Source: Pecten maximus | Lineage: Eukaryota | Direction: 5' to 3' | Assembly (NCBI RefSeq): GCF_902652985.1 | Contig: NC_047030.1 | Coordinates: 18,104,001 to 18,168,000, forward strand | Length of the DNA: 64,000 nucleotides | In this document: positions 12,101 through 27,100 of the stretch, in pieces | Position numbering within the stretch: the stretch's first letter is position 1 | Layout of the letters: every line of letters starts with the position of its first letter | The notes under the pieces: generated by a model | The model's database searches: none | Told to the model about the DNA's origin: nothing | What the model saw: the letters and a program-made list of their open reading frames with translations, nothing else | Position numbers and translations under genes: made by a program

Positions 12101-15100
12101 GCTATGATGAGGGAAGCATTATCATCAAGGTAAATATACAACAAAGGCAGGAGTAATTGTCTAGTCGTATACAATACATGTCTGTACCGGTAATAAGTTA
12201 TTCTGTCTAGTCATAGAAAATATGTGTCTGTACCGGTAATAAGTTATTCTGTCTAGTCATAGAAAATATGTGTCTGTACAAGTTATAAAGTTATAAAATA
12301 TGAATTATGATGATGAATAAAATCCAGAAACATTTTGCAAATTTCAGTTCTCTCAATAGCCAATGAAGCATTATATATATATATATATCAGAAAGCCAAA
12401 ATTACTAGAAATTGTGTTTTAATGAAAACAAATACCCAGAAACAGATTACAGAATTTTTCTCTGGCTTGGGAAATAATTTTTGAATTAAGAATACAAAAA
12501 TGATCTTACAATGAAAAGCCCTATGCAGCAGTAAAGATTTATTGATTTGTCACTAGCTGGGACGAGAAGAGCCAGCAATGTCGATGGACAACAGTGGAAA
12601 GATCATCTGGGCCAAACATTCAGAGATCCAACAAGCAAATATCAAGGCCATCAGTGACACAGGAGATCAAAGACGGCGAGCGTTTACCACTGGCTGTCAA
12701 AGATATGGGAAGCTGTGAAATATACCCTCAGAATGTCGCCCACAATCCAAATGGAAGGTAAGTAGTACTTTATCAGGGTTTGCCCTCCAAAGGTGGCCTT
12801 CAATCTAAATGTAATGTAAATAGCACTTTGTGTAGGCAGGGAAAATTATTGTTATTTTTTTCCCTCTGTGCATTAGATTTGAAATTGTAAAGGCCGCTAC
12901 ATAGATTGCTCGCAAAAAAAAATTAGAATGGAATACAGAAGACACAGACACCTTAAAGTAAAAAAAACTGGGATACTTAATTTAATTCTATGACATGAAC
13001 AATTTTAGTTTATGTTAATGTTAAATTAATAGAGACATACACGTAAATAATGTTTTTGTAGATTTGTTGTGGTTTGTGGAGATGGTGAATACATCATATA
13101 TACAGCTATGGCCCTGAGGAACAAAAGCTTCGGGTCAGCCCAGGAATTTGTCTGGAGTAACGACTCGTCAATCTATGCTACAAGGGAGAGCACAAGCATG
13201 GTCAAAATTTTCAAAAATTTCAAAGAGCAGAAATCCTTCAAACCAGATTTTGGAGCAGAAGGTATGATGTTCATTTTCATATGCATTATGTCTTCATGAC
13301 ACATGGAAATTCATGGAAAATTAGTTCCAGTTTAGAAAAAACTGATAGGGATATAAATTTGAATTTTATCTTATATAAGTTGTCTGACTGAAAGAGTCAG
13401 GATGACCTATATCCATCATGTTTTGTGTGTTACGATGGATACAAGTTCAGTGACAGTAAGATCCTCTTTGTTTGATGCAAAATAAACGACTTTCAAGTCA
13501 GCAAGTTCTTCTGAATAAACCAACTGATGTGAAAAAGGGTATTTCTGAGCTGTACGAGATCAGAAAATGTCCTAATTTGTTGTAATCTGCCTTTAAATTT
13601 TCACACTGACTAATTGTTGGTTTTAAGCTCTGATGTTCTCGAACAGATTTTCTTAATCATTTTCAGTTATTATCAATGATCAGCACTTTTTGCTTAGATT
13701 CATCACTACCTGCCCTAACTGTTAATATATGTATATATTTACGGTATGTTATTTAGGGATATACGGGGCCACATGCTCGGTGTACGGTCTGACAGTCAGT
13801 GGCCTGGCTTATAATGATACATGTTATTATATGTATATATTTACGGTATGTTGTTTAGGGATATACGGGGGTCACATGCTCGGTGTACGGTCAGTCAGTG
13901 GCCTGGCTTTCTATGAGTGGGACTCCACAGATCTCATCAGGAGAATTGAAATAACACCAAAGTTTGTAAGTATAAACATGAATTCATATTTTATACCTAC
14001 CTTAAACTTGCTTATATAGCACGCACCTTTTTTCAAAATATGACAAGTGAAAAAATCCACTTCGCACTAAACACAGGAACAAGCCTTTGCTAGTCAGATG
14101 CATGGATGTCATGAATGTGATTTGAGATTTGTAATCGTCATTATAGGATTATGATTTAATACTTAAAATAATAATATAAAAGTGAATAATGAACAAATAG
14201 TCAAGAAAATGTATAGCTGTTTTTTATGTTTAATTCCTTGAAATTGTGTATCTATTTATCAGCAATTACAAGTATTTATCTTTGTTGAGTCGCACATTTC
14301 ACACATGCTTACAATCTCGCTTGAGCAACTTGTCATACTCAGGTGCATCACGATGTAAAATGGCTCAATTGACAAACATGAAATGATAACTCATAATTCT
14401 AATTAAATCACCTTAATAATTTTTGCCTGACACTTATGACTTTCAACATGTTTATTTATGAAAGCAACATAAGGCATATGCAATTCGGCAAGATAACACT
14501 AATGCCCAGATTGTGTGCGGCAGTCACATAACCAACTGGCCCTATAAATTATGACCTGACTGTGAAAACTGCGTCTGCACTGCACAAGTGATCCTATTGA
14601 CATGTGTATTTCAATGATATTAAAATAGTGACCAGAAAACCGACAACAGAATTTTTCTATATACCAAATGGCGGCCAGTGTTACATTACATAGCCTACAC
14701 TTGCGTTCAGCTTTCCCATCAATCTTATTATAATTGGGCCTTATCAGCATTGTATACGTTGTGTAAAGATACCATAAAAGATCATACATACGTGAAAATC
14801 ATGAGCCAATTGATTACACAAAGAAGGATGAATTATTTGTTTGTACAAATATCATAGATGGGACCACTCCCATTTCCATGCTGACTAGGCCTATTGCGAT
14901 GTATTGTAAACAATGTGTCAGTCAAATGTTGTCAAATCTGACGGATGATTTCATCTAAAGGATATAACATAGTTTTAAGTTACAGATTTTTATTGTTAAA
15001 TGCTGGAGTATTCAGCTACCTTGCAGTTAAAGGTAAACATTGAAAAGAAAACTAAAAAAACAATACCTCCTATTTTTTCTGAAAATGGAACTCAAATACA

Positions 15101-18100
15101 TAACTGCGCACAATATGAACATATTAACATTAATTATGCAACATATTGTTTGGATATTCTTGCTAATGACCACAATCACAATACTGTATTATTGTGTTAA
15201 ATATTCAGTCATATTTCACCACATTTATTTCAAAAGTGGGATTGCTGCTTAAAGCTGACAACGCGAGTTTAAAAGATTTCGTTTTCATATTCCCTGTGAT
15301 CAATATTTAATGAGTATATTTTCTGAATGTTTTAGGTGTCGTGGAGTGAGAACGGTGAGTTGGTGTGTATATGTACAGACGACTCGTTCTTTATCCTCAA
15401 GTACAATCCTGAGGCAGTGGAGAAGGCTAAGGAGAATAAAGAGGACATCACAGAGGATGGAATTGAGGAGGCATTTGATGTATGTTTACTACCTCATCAG
15501 TAACATTTACATTAAATACAAATGAGTATTCCAGAATGAAGATGAATGTAACATCCATTTTCTCTATTTCTCAGGAGCATACATTTGTAGACTGGCATAT
15601 ATGTGTATGTATTAACCCTTTCACCCCTTTTGACCATATTGGACTTCAAATTATGAAAGAAGGGCAGAGTCCACTTAAGTTTCTAAAGGCTGAAAGGGTT
15701 AAAAATTGAGTTGGAATCACAAGGCATGTTTAGGACTATTCCAGTAAAACATATGTTCTAATGGAGGACTCAAGGGAATTCTATACCTGGTGGATGCTGG
15801 AGAAAATGCAACATATCATATGGTGCTGTTTGAATTAAATCTCTTCTTTTGGTGGTTCCTGTTTGACAAACCGGGATACCTCCAATTGGTTAGATATTTA
15901 CTGGAATAACCCCTACAATAATTCTATCGGTTTAATACATTATAATCCTTAATTGACGATAGTGATTTTAATCCATTTTGATTGTCAAGGGCAGTCGTTT
16001 ATAGCCTGGCCAACATTCAGAAAATGGGACTGGTGTATATTTTAGAGGTGATAGATTTATATTTTCCCTGGCAACCACAGGATGACCCTGTGAAGTATGT
16101 GAGAAATGTATTGCTTTAGCAATATCCAGCATGCTTGTTTTTCATGAGTTCATGAAAAGAATAGAACATGATTTTTTCTTCTATTATGTTGTCTCCCCTG
16201 TGACGAAACATTGCTACACAAGATTTCAGAGTGTCACTTTCTTGGCAGCAATGGCAGCAACAGCAGCATCACAGTCAACATATCATGAAAGTATTGACTT
16301 TAGATCTGTTAACTGAAAAGTATCTTGTTGTAATTCAGACCTGTGATATATTTGTAGGTGGTGGGAGAGATTGAGGAGACAGTGAAGACTGGTATCTGGG
16401 TTGGAGACTGTTTTATCTACACCAACAGTGTCAACAGACTCAACTATTACGTGGGAGGAGAGATCGTCACAGTAGCTCACTTAGATAGGTAATAGTAACT
16501 GTCATTTATTAATATCAATTTCATATTAATGAGGTTTTGATGTTATTTAATAAAAGTGTTTGTCATTTAAGAATCAAATGTTTAGTCTATTACATGTGTT
16601 CCTATTTCCCTTTGTCTTTTCTGTTCATTGTAATACCGTGCTTAAACTGAAGTTAAAGAATGATTAATTAAATGTCCAGTATGTACAATATCTGGGCAGA
16701 GAGTCATGTAGTGAATAGTTTGATAGGGAGCAAATAACTACAAGGTATTCATGAAAAGTAATATGTAATGTACATTGTGATATTGCCAAGTAGATGGTAA
16801 TGTAGATTCTGGACATCACCAAGCAACAGAGCTTTCAATCCATAATATCAGCTGAGATTAGTTTAACAGAAACTTTCAAAAGGGTCATTGGAATGCATCA
16901 AGAAAGATCTGTAGTTGCTTGAAAATTGTGTCAAGTAATATCAGCCAATATATATGCTGAGCTCATCGGTTATCTCCAGAACACTGTAAATCATTTACAT
17001 TACATGTGGAATTTATTTTCTCCTTGATATTCTAGGAGAGTCAATCACGAAATCTTAAGTGATTTACAGTATGCTGTAGAAAAGTCATTGTAATTCTTTG
17101 AATACCCTTGTGTTCCGTGATATCAGATAATGTTTGTATTATGTACAAAAAAAATTATCAAAGTGACTGAATATATGAAATCCTTGCAAAATATACACAG
17201 TATGTACATGTATAACAGCGACTCATGTTCTGTTTATTACTATTACAGGATGATGTACCTGTTAGGATACATTCCCAAGGACAACAGACTGTACCTCGGT
17301 GATAAGGAATTAAATGTTGTCAGCTATTCACTGTTATTGTCGGTACTGGAGTACCAAACTTCCGTGATGAGGAGAGACTTTGAGACGGCAGATAAGGTTC
17401 TACCTACCGTTCCCAGAGAACATCGAACAAGGGTGGCACACTTCCTCGAAAAACAGGTTTGGTGATGTTTTCATTGTTGCCAGTTAAATATTTTTCAAAT
17501 CTTGTTATTTTAAGAAATAATCATGAAAATAATGGTTTAATTTTATTCTGAAAAAATATTAATTCAGCATTTTCCACATATGTTTTACTGTTTTGTGAGA
17601 GTGAAAATATCTTTGTTGTTTTCCAGGGATTTAAGTCTCAAGCTCTAGCAGTAACATGTGATTCTGAACATAAGTTTGAACTTGCTGTACAACTAGGAGA
17701 TCTGAAGATTGCTTACCAAATAGCTAAGGAGTCTGAGGTAGGGTATTAAGGACTTAAATATGAGAGGACTCCAAAACAAGTAATTCTAAGAATTTCTGAA
17801 TATATGTAACGATTTCTGAATACTGAAACTTGGAAGCTTTTTAACTTGCACTGACAACTTTAATTGAATGGCTTTGTATATTGCATATCATATCATTAAG
17901 ATGATATCTTTGTTATGGTGTACTGTGTATGGCCCAGATCACATTACTTCATTGATGGACTGTACAAGACTTTAAAGGAGGAAGTAACAGACAAATAAGT
18001 TAATTCCTCTCCCACATTTCAGGCAGAACAGAAATGGAAACAGCTGGCAGAGTTGGCGATTAGTAAGTGTGAGTTTGGACTAGCCCAGGAATGTTTACAC

Positions 18101-21100
18101 CAAGCACAGGACTTTGGGGGTCTACTTCTCCTTGCCAGTTCAGCAGGAAACAGTCAGATGGTGGCCAGACTCGGTGAAACTGCAGCAAATGCTGGTCAAA
18201 ACAATGTAGCTTTCATCTCTAACTTTGTACTGGGAAAGTAAGTCTGAATCCGTATCAATATGATATTCCTGAATTGACTATAATTAGTGATTATAAATCT
18301 TTATCAATATGATATTCCTGAATTGACTATAATTAGTGATTATAAATCTTTATCAATATGATATTCCTGAAGACTTGTCATACCAATTATATTTAGCAAG
18401 TGTAAGTCTGTATCAATGTGATACTCTTGAATAGACTTTCATACCAACTATATTTCATTAAGTATAATTCGTATCAATATGATATTTCTGAATAATAGAC
18501 TTGTCTTAATGACCAACTGTTTATGAAGGAGATTAATTAATCACGAAAAGAAATGTTGTTTTACTGAATTTGTTTGTCAAAAGGAGTAATATGATAAACT
18601 AAGGTACTTTTCTGAGACATGAACATTTTCAACAGTTGAACCTCCCTTAAAGAAATTACAAAAAGTTGGTAAATTTTGGAATTCTATCATATTAAATCTA
18701 TGATTTTTTTTTCCCCATACTTATTGTTTACATTTACTTATATATTTTTTGTCACAACTGTACTTTATTTATAGACTAGAGGAGTGTTTAGAAGTATTGA
18801 TAAGGACAGAACGGATTCCTGAGGCAGCCTTCTTTGCTAGGACCTACCTGCCCAGCCAAGTATCAAGGTAAATACAAGTGTGAAGGTTTAGCAATACTTG
18901 TTCCAATTCATATTCTCACATTTTAAGTGTAGAGTTGTGCCAATTTGAGTGCATAGCGGCAGTGCAAGAAAGGTTGTGTTTAATCTGTTAGCGCCGAAAT
19001 GACAGCTCCGACTGTATCCGCCCCGGGGAGTTGAGATAGACATTGGCTGGTTGCTAAAGGCCCTGTCAGTATCCATTGATGATTGTTTCTGAATTGCTTG
19101 AAGACAGTTACATGTTGTTGTTATATAATGGTCTATAAAACGGCAAATCATTATTATTTATTATACACCTTTCTAGTACAGGGTAATATTATAGTAATTG
19201 TTTTGTCTGTGTATCTGCATGTGTACATGTGAGTGGGTGATGAATGATAGCGTCGGTGTCCGTAGCACAAAGCTTGTGTACAAGATATGTCATGAACTCC
19301 ACAATGAGTTGAATTCATACACCATTTTCTCATGATATCATGTAACATCTATTTAGATTTTGGTGGTTCTGGATCAACTTTAAGGGTCAAAGGTAATTTT
19401 TGACCACTTTTGAAATAAAAAGGTTAATTTACAAGATGAACCTCTCAATCATATTCGGATTTATACCATGTACCATGGTGAAAGAATGGAGAATTGTATC
19501 CAATCATAGATCTACTAGGTGTTAAATAAATGATGGAAGTAGCTTGGTGTATGTAGGTTATGATATGATACTGATGACAGGATGTTATACCATTAGGATA
19601 TAATAATATTTGTGTAAATCTAAGTCTGATGAACTGAAAAACTGATGTATGTCGACTTAAGTATCTTATTGGTGATGTTTTAGAGTAGTAGAATTGTGGA
19701 GGGAGCAGTTGTCTAAAGTGAACCAGAAAGCCGCAAGTTCTCTGGCAGACCCTGGCGAGTATGAAAACCTGTTTCCAGGACTTAAGGAGGCGCTGAAGAC
19801 TGAACAATATCTACGGCCACAACGGTCACAACTCCTCCCCGCCAATAGTTACCCAAGTGTGCCGGTAAGTGGCAACTGTGACGGACAATATGTCTGGTCT
19901 ATTCTATTAAAGTCTACCTCTTTTAGGACTCGAAAAAACATCTGATAAGTCAGAATGTTGACCAATCAGAAGTATTTTACCGTCTGTAAATAAGGAGAGA
20001 TGCCTAACTCCAGTTGGAATATTGACCAATCAGAAGTATTATGTCATCTGTAAATAAGGAGAGATGCCTAACTCCAATTGGAATATTGACCAATCAGAAG
20101 TATTATGTCATCGGTAAAAAAGGAGAGATGCCTAACTCCAATTGGAATATTGACCAATCAGAAGTATTATGTCATCTGTAAATAAGGAGAGATGCCTAAC
20201 TCCAATTGGAATATTGACCAATCAGAAGTATTATGTCATCGGTAAAAAAGGAGAGATGCCTAACTCCAGTTGGAATATTGACCAATCAGAAGTATTATGT
20301 CATCTGTAAATAAGGAGAGATGCCTAACTCCAATTGGAATATTGACCAATCAGAAGTATTATGTCATCGGTAAAATATGGAGGGATGTACAACTCCAGTC
20401 AGAGTATTAGACAATCAGAAATTTCTTACAGCCGGTTAACCCGGCCAGTTAACTTAAAATATTTTGTTATACCTGAAATTTGGTATAGGGGTTTAAAATA
20501 CTAAAGGTTTTTCCAAATTTCGGATTTGTTTTACTTCATAACAATATGTTAAATATGGACATGGTTTTACCCTTAATGTATTTAATAGTTGTTATTGGAA
20601 CTTTTATATTTGTATTACATATATATCGTAAATCTGAATTTACTAATTAGATAACCTTTGTGTATATACTGTAGCTTAACACGAGTCGTGTACCAGTGGA
20701 GGAGATGAATCAGGCTGAAGAAAGGGGAGCATTCAACTTCACACCAAGTGGAGTACAAGATGAAGATGAACAGTTTGAGGAAGCATCAGCCCCTGAACCA
20801 CAGGTAACATTTTACTGCCACTTCCAGTTAGACCCAACCTGGACTAGAAGTTACTCTACTGGACTTGGACAGTAGCTATTATTCATCCCCTACCAGTACA
20901 CTGGAGGGAATTTTAGATTTTGTCTCCATCTGTCACTGTAAATAGACTTCAATACGGACAGTAGCTATGTTTAGTCCCCTATCAGTAAACTGGAGGGAGG
21001 TGATAGATTTTGTCTCCATCTGTCACTGTAAATAGACTTAATACGGACAGTAGCTATTTTTAGTCCCCTACCAGTAAACTGGAGGAGGTGATAGGTTTTG

Positions 21101-24100
21101 TCTCCATCTGTCACTGTAAATAGACTTCAATACTGACAGTAGCTATTGATAGTCCCCTACCAGTACACTGGAGGAGGTTATAGATTTTGTCTCCTGTCTC
21201 AGTCTGTTAGACTTAGAACCTTGTAACACTATTACTTTAAACTATAATTATTGAGTTCTTTTGAGCAAGTGTAATTTATTGGAAAACTGGTATTTAAAGT
21301 TAAACCTTCACTTTTCAGGGATGACTACAGCTAAGCTAATCACTTAAAGTAACATAAAAGCCAATTACGGAAACTGAAATGATAATAAAAAAATAATAGA
21401 AAAAAGTATTTTTATTTCTTTACTTCTATTAAAACAGGAACCCGTTGCAGCCCAAAAACCCTCGGAGCAGCCAGCTGACGCTCCAACACAGGATGGACAA
21501 TTATCCAGTGCAGACATGGCAGACATTGAACAAGAATTAGAACTGGACCTTGGAAAACCTCAACATAGATAACCTGGACTCAGTGGTAAGTTTTAATTGG
21601 CTTCACTGAAATAACGCTAACAAATCTGAAGCACTTTCTGTTTGTTTTTTGTTTTTTTATATTTTCGGCTTTTTCATGTAGGTGATTACATTTAATTAAA
21701 CAAAGTACTTTTGTTATAATTAATGATGTTAGTTGTGTGAAAGATGTGAGGATGGCTTTTAACAAAACATCTTTTATACTGTTATCAGTAAACCAATTTT
21801 CTTTAAAATAACTAAATGCTTTACTGTAACTTTCATTGCTTTATTGTTTTCATTTCATAATGTTTTGCGGGGCTTTTGGTTATCATTTAATTTTCTTTAT
21901 ATAATTTGGTGCTTAACAATTACTGTGGCTTTGGTTTGTCCTCATTTTGGAATTAAAAATTTCATTAATGGCTCTGATTTTAGGAAGTAGATGACAAAGA
22001 GTTAACAAATTGATGAGGTAAGAGGGTCACTGTATGACTGATTTCTACATATCCTTTTACTTTTGGTGTTTAGGTGCATTTTGTTTTAGTTTGAATGCTT
22101 CTAGTTGTATGTGATTTATAACATTTCATGTTGATAAATTTCAATCAATCAATCCAATAAAAGTATGAGTGTAATCATATCTGTGTCACATTTGAACTCC
22201 ATTTGGCTTACTTTTATTTGCCATTGAAAAATCAAGCTCGATAGTAAAACCACTGACAAGAATTGGTAAACACAATTTACTTTCATAGGTCAGAGATAGC
22301 AATTATACAAGACAGATTTTAATACTTTTATTGGCCAGATTTAGTAATTATACAAAGCAGATAAATAACTTTATTGACCATATTCATTCAGCAATTATAC
22401 AAAACAGATTTTAACACTTTAATTGGCCAGATTTAACAATAATACATAACAGATTTGAATGCTTTTACTTTAACTTGTTACTAATAAAGATATGTATGTA
22501 TAACAACTTCTATACAATATGCTTATTAGGGCCCTGTATCAGATAGGGGTGTCCTATAATTGTTATCTGTCTGTCTGTTGTATTAGAGATACAGGTATCC
22601 TATAATAGTTATCTGTCTGTCTGTTGTATTAGAGATACAGGTATCCTATAATAGTTATCTGTCTGTCTGTTGTATTAGACATACGGGTATCCTATAATAG
22701 TTATCTGTCTGTCTGTTGTATCAGACATACGGGTATCCTATAATAGTTATCTGTCTGTCTGTTGTATTAGAAATACAGGTATCCTATAATAGTTATCTGT
22801 CTGTCTGTTGTATTAGAGATACAGGTATCCTATAGCTTAGTAATCAATAAGTCCACCCGTCCTTCTGTCCACAAATTTAGTTTGCGGCTGATATCTTAAA
22901 TATTTGTTGACTGATACATGAAATTCGGTCAAGATGTTAAGTTTACAAAAATACTGAGGTCAAAATTCAAGGTAAAATATCAAGGTGATTGGATGCAAAG
23001 CCCTTGGTTCAAATTTTGTACAACCCTTCACACGAATACTAGATCTCTTGACTGGAGAATATTTTGTTGTGACATTATCAAGCAAAGTTGTTTGGAATGA
23101 TACAAAAAAAACCTGACCAAAAGATGAGGTCAAATGGTCAAAGATTGAGGTCAGTTATTCCAAAGGTCCATGTCAAATTTGTATCTTTTCACTAATAAAT
23201 ATTTTGTTATGATACAAATTCAACTGACCAAAAGCCATGGTCACAAGATCAAAGGTCAAGGTTAGTAGGTCAAAGGAGGTCAAATTCTTCTCACTGTCCG
23301 ATGAATATTTTATTATGATACTCATAAGCAAAGTTGATCAGAATTAAACAAGGAGACAACTGACCAAAGGTCAAGGTCACGGTGAAATGGGTTAAGGGAA
23401 GTTTGGGGATATATAGCCACACAGCAGGCCCACTGCTGATCTGTCAGTGTTTTTGCTGCATATTGAAATTGAATGGACCATCATACTCAATTTAAATGTT
23501 TTGTTGTTGTTTTGATTTGTAATTTTCTAAAAAGTAACAACTAACATTATAATGAGAATATACATACATGCATGCTTTGTAAAACCACATTTCTCAGCTG
23601 AAAATAGGCTCTTTCTGGGTTGAGATTTAAATGTTGGTTTGAATGTCCCTACATTATAAAAGGGGAGGATAAAATAGCTTTGTTTCATGAAACCTTCAAT
23701 AGATTAAGGTCACATCCCCACTTTAGACTCCATTGTAAATATGTATGGTGGTCTTTGGTTTAGATGTAGGATGTCGCTTGGGGGTTGAGGTGTAGGGTGT
23801 CATTTGGTGGTCAAGGTGAGGGGCGTCACCTGATGGTCAAGGTGATGGGCATCTATGGTCTCATGTGATGGTCAAAGTGTAGGGTCTCACGTGATGGTCA
23901 AGGTGTAGGGTCTCACGTGATGGTCAAGGTGTAGGGTCATGGTGATGGTCAAGGAGTAGGGTATCACGTGATGGTCAAGGTGTATGGTCATGGTGATGGT
24001 CAAGGAGTAGGGTCTCACTTGATGGTCATGGTGATGGGTGTCATTTGATGGTCAAGGTGATGAGCATCTAGGGTCTCATGTGATGGTCAAGGAGTAGGGT

Positions 24101-27100
24101 CTCACGTGATGGTCAAGGAGTAGGGTCTCACTTGATGGTCAAGGTGTAGTGCGTCGCTTAACTGCAGATGACAGTATGGGAAGAATTTCTGTGTTGATCA
24201 CTAACTTGGCTTAAATGTTGTGGACTCAAAACTATTTGAAAAATTCTAGGTTGGACTACTAGTATATATGAATAAATTTGAAGTTTTTGATTCCATTATT
24301 GAATTGCCTCATTATATAACCTGCTTTTAACACCAGGTTGCTAATACTTGGTGTCTGATGTGGAAGTTAACATCAATTTAGTGAAGTTTTATTTTTTTTA
24401 AAGAATATTCATAATGTGTTTTCACTTAATTACTGGTATTTGGAATATTGGTTTAATATTGTATAGTAACTGCTGTAGCATACAATACATTATGGATATT
24501 GGGAAATTAAGGAGACTGTTTTAGGAGGAAAAGCGAATTTTCACATGATTTGGACTAAAGCGTTTTTTGGCTTAATTCAACTTTAAGTTAGAGATTATAC
24601 ATTATACGTTCAATGCCGGATATAATCAGCATAGCAGATGTGGCATTAAAGATATAAGTTTTCGAATATTTTGTACATGTGTCCTCTACATTTGTCAGTT
24701 TACACCTGACTAAAATACTTACGGATCATTTAACATTTGATTGTGATATCTACTAATGCTATATCCTCCCTGACAGCTTGTGACGCACACCTGTGATAAT
24801 TCCATGAATCATGTTAACAGCTTGTATCAGTTATCACTACGTAAACCTGTTATTTATTGAGTGGGATGGTGTGTGAATATCACGAGCATTTGTCATGAAG
24901 ATTTATTTTGCAGGTGAAACAAAATACTAACATTATACTGCATTGTGGAATGACAAGTCATTCCCTTGCAATGGTTTCTTTTCTTAAGATAATGATTTGT
25001 AGCCTTTCCCAGATTTAAGTTTTAACGAGTAATTGATAATATTAACTGATAAAGGTGCTCTACTATAAAAAAGATTAACTGCTAACAAGTTTCCAAACAA
25101 CACATGTACAGTTCACAAAATATGTTTGTAAATCCTACAGTTTCATAAGAATTTATTTTCATATTTATATAAGGAATTATTATATACAGTTAAGTTATGC
25201 ATTGTTAGTTCAATTATACAGGATATTCAAATCTTCAACTACCGGATCAACAAACACTTTATGTACAGTCGAATCTGTATTAAGCGACCACTCAAGGGAA
25301 GTTAAAAACGGTCTCTTAATGGAGAGTGGTCTCTTAATAGAGATGGTATCTTAAATTTAATAAATGTTCATAAGCTTTTTATTCGCTTTATAAATTGGCA
25401 ATAATGATTCATAATATATATGAAAAATGAACCACCACTTTGAATAAAACAAAACAATTTTATTTTTTATTTTTTTGTGTATTTTTTTTTTTAATAATTA
25501 TTACTGTGCTAATTTTTCATCACTATATGTATTTTTTGAAATTCTTTCAGCATAGCAAAATAAATCGATTTAACATGAGAAGTATATTTCATTGGTTAAT
25601 TAGATTACTTTCAAATTATTTATATATTTTTTTTTAATTCCTGAAATCTTGGTCCGGATTTCCGCTCCGATTATTATTTACGTTCCTGCATTTCCTACTT
25701 TAAAAACGGCGACTTTTTCACTGGCAAATATCTGTTTTAATGTCTCAAAAAAGATAACAAATCACGATTTAACAGTAAGTTAACTGTTTATGCATTCCTT
25801 CATTGTTATATTTCGTATGCAAATTGATATATCGTATATAAAACGTCTGAAAATCGTCAGAATTCCAGACGGTCACTTCGCTTCATCTCCCGTCCTTTAG
25901 CACGAAAAGTAAAAATACTTGGGTGTGATTAAGGCGAAAATGGTTATGTAAGGCATTTTGGAGACTTCTGGTCGCTTATTGGAGAGTTATTTTCATCACG
26001 GGAACGAAAAATTGTGGTCGCTGGTCGCGTAAAGAGAGGGTCGCTTAATAGAGTTAAAATATATAGCGACTGCACTGGACAATCACTGGGATAATACCAA
26101 CAAATAACTTGTGTATATATATGAAAAAGGACAAATTAACTCATTGCACACCAGATGTATATCACATTGTAAACATTGTAATATCAATTGATATGGACAT
26201 AGAGGCTTACAGCCTGCATCCATTATTTATCGTATTAAATCGTATTAAATCGAAAACGCTCGGGAGGAATTGAAATGGTCGCTTAGAACAGAGGGTCGCT
26301 AAATAGAGATGGTCGTTCGGACAAATTCGACTGTATTTGAACTCTGAATATATATTATAACATAGACAGTTTTTGACTTATGCCCTGACCGGTCCTCAAG
26401 CTCACAATCTACAGCATCAAATCCCCTAGTCAGGAAAAACCAAAGCTGCTATCATTAAGATATGCAAATAATTAATTCACAAAAAGAGATATTAAGATCT
26501 TATGAAAGAGTAACATAAAATGATAAGTGATACCACTAGTGAGAGTTTTTTACCCATTTTTAGCTCACCTGTACGAAGGACAAGTAAACCTTTCCATTGA
26601 AATAACTGCTTAATGACAAAGAGGCCCAGAGTACTGGTATTACATTGAAATAACTGCTTAATGACAAAGAGGCCCAGAGTACTGGTATTACATTGAAATA
26701 ACTGCTTAATGACAAAGAGGCCCAGAGTACTGGTATTAGGCCTGTAGCCTGCTGGGGTGAAGGGCTTCCAAGTTTGATCGAATATGACCTTGTCCTGCCT
26801 TAAAGGTCACAGGGGCCAAATGTGCCTAAATCTTGAAAGGTCTTATTATAAAGAGCCCCAGAGTCCTTATAAAGGGCATGAAGCATGCTGGGGCATACGG
26901 CTACCAAGTTTGTTCAAATGAATGACCTTGACCTACTTTTTAGGTCACCAGTTGTACTAAAATAAAATAATTGTACTTATGATGTGGTAATCAGTATAGC
27001 ATCTGCATTAATGAGCTAAGTCAACTTACAAGTTACATTAGAAGCAGTTGAGCAATATAGGTCCTTTGAGCCTCTTTTTAGATTACCTATTTGAAGATTA

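Noticed and set aside
12557-12757. Programmed +1 ribosomal frameshifting or COPB2 pseudogene status
   Set aside because: The five sites share no slippery motif and all other exons and splice sites are intact, so sequencing error is more parsimonious.
24914-25020. Possible alternative COPB2 last exon after TTTATTTTGCAG
   Set aside because: The acceptor is good but the peptide has no resemblance to the acidic tail, whereas 28400-28435 matches the expected C-terminus.
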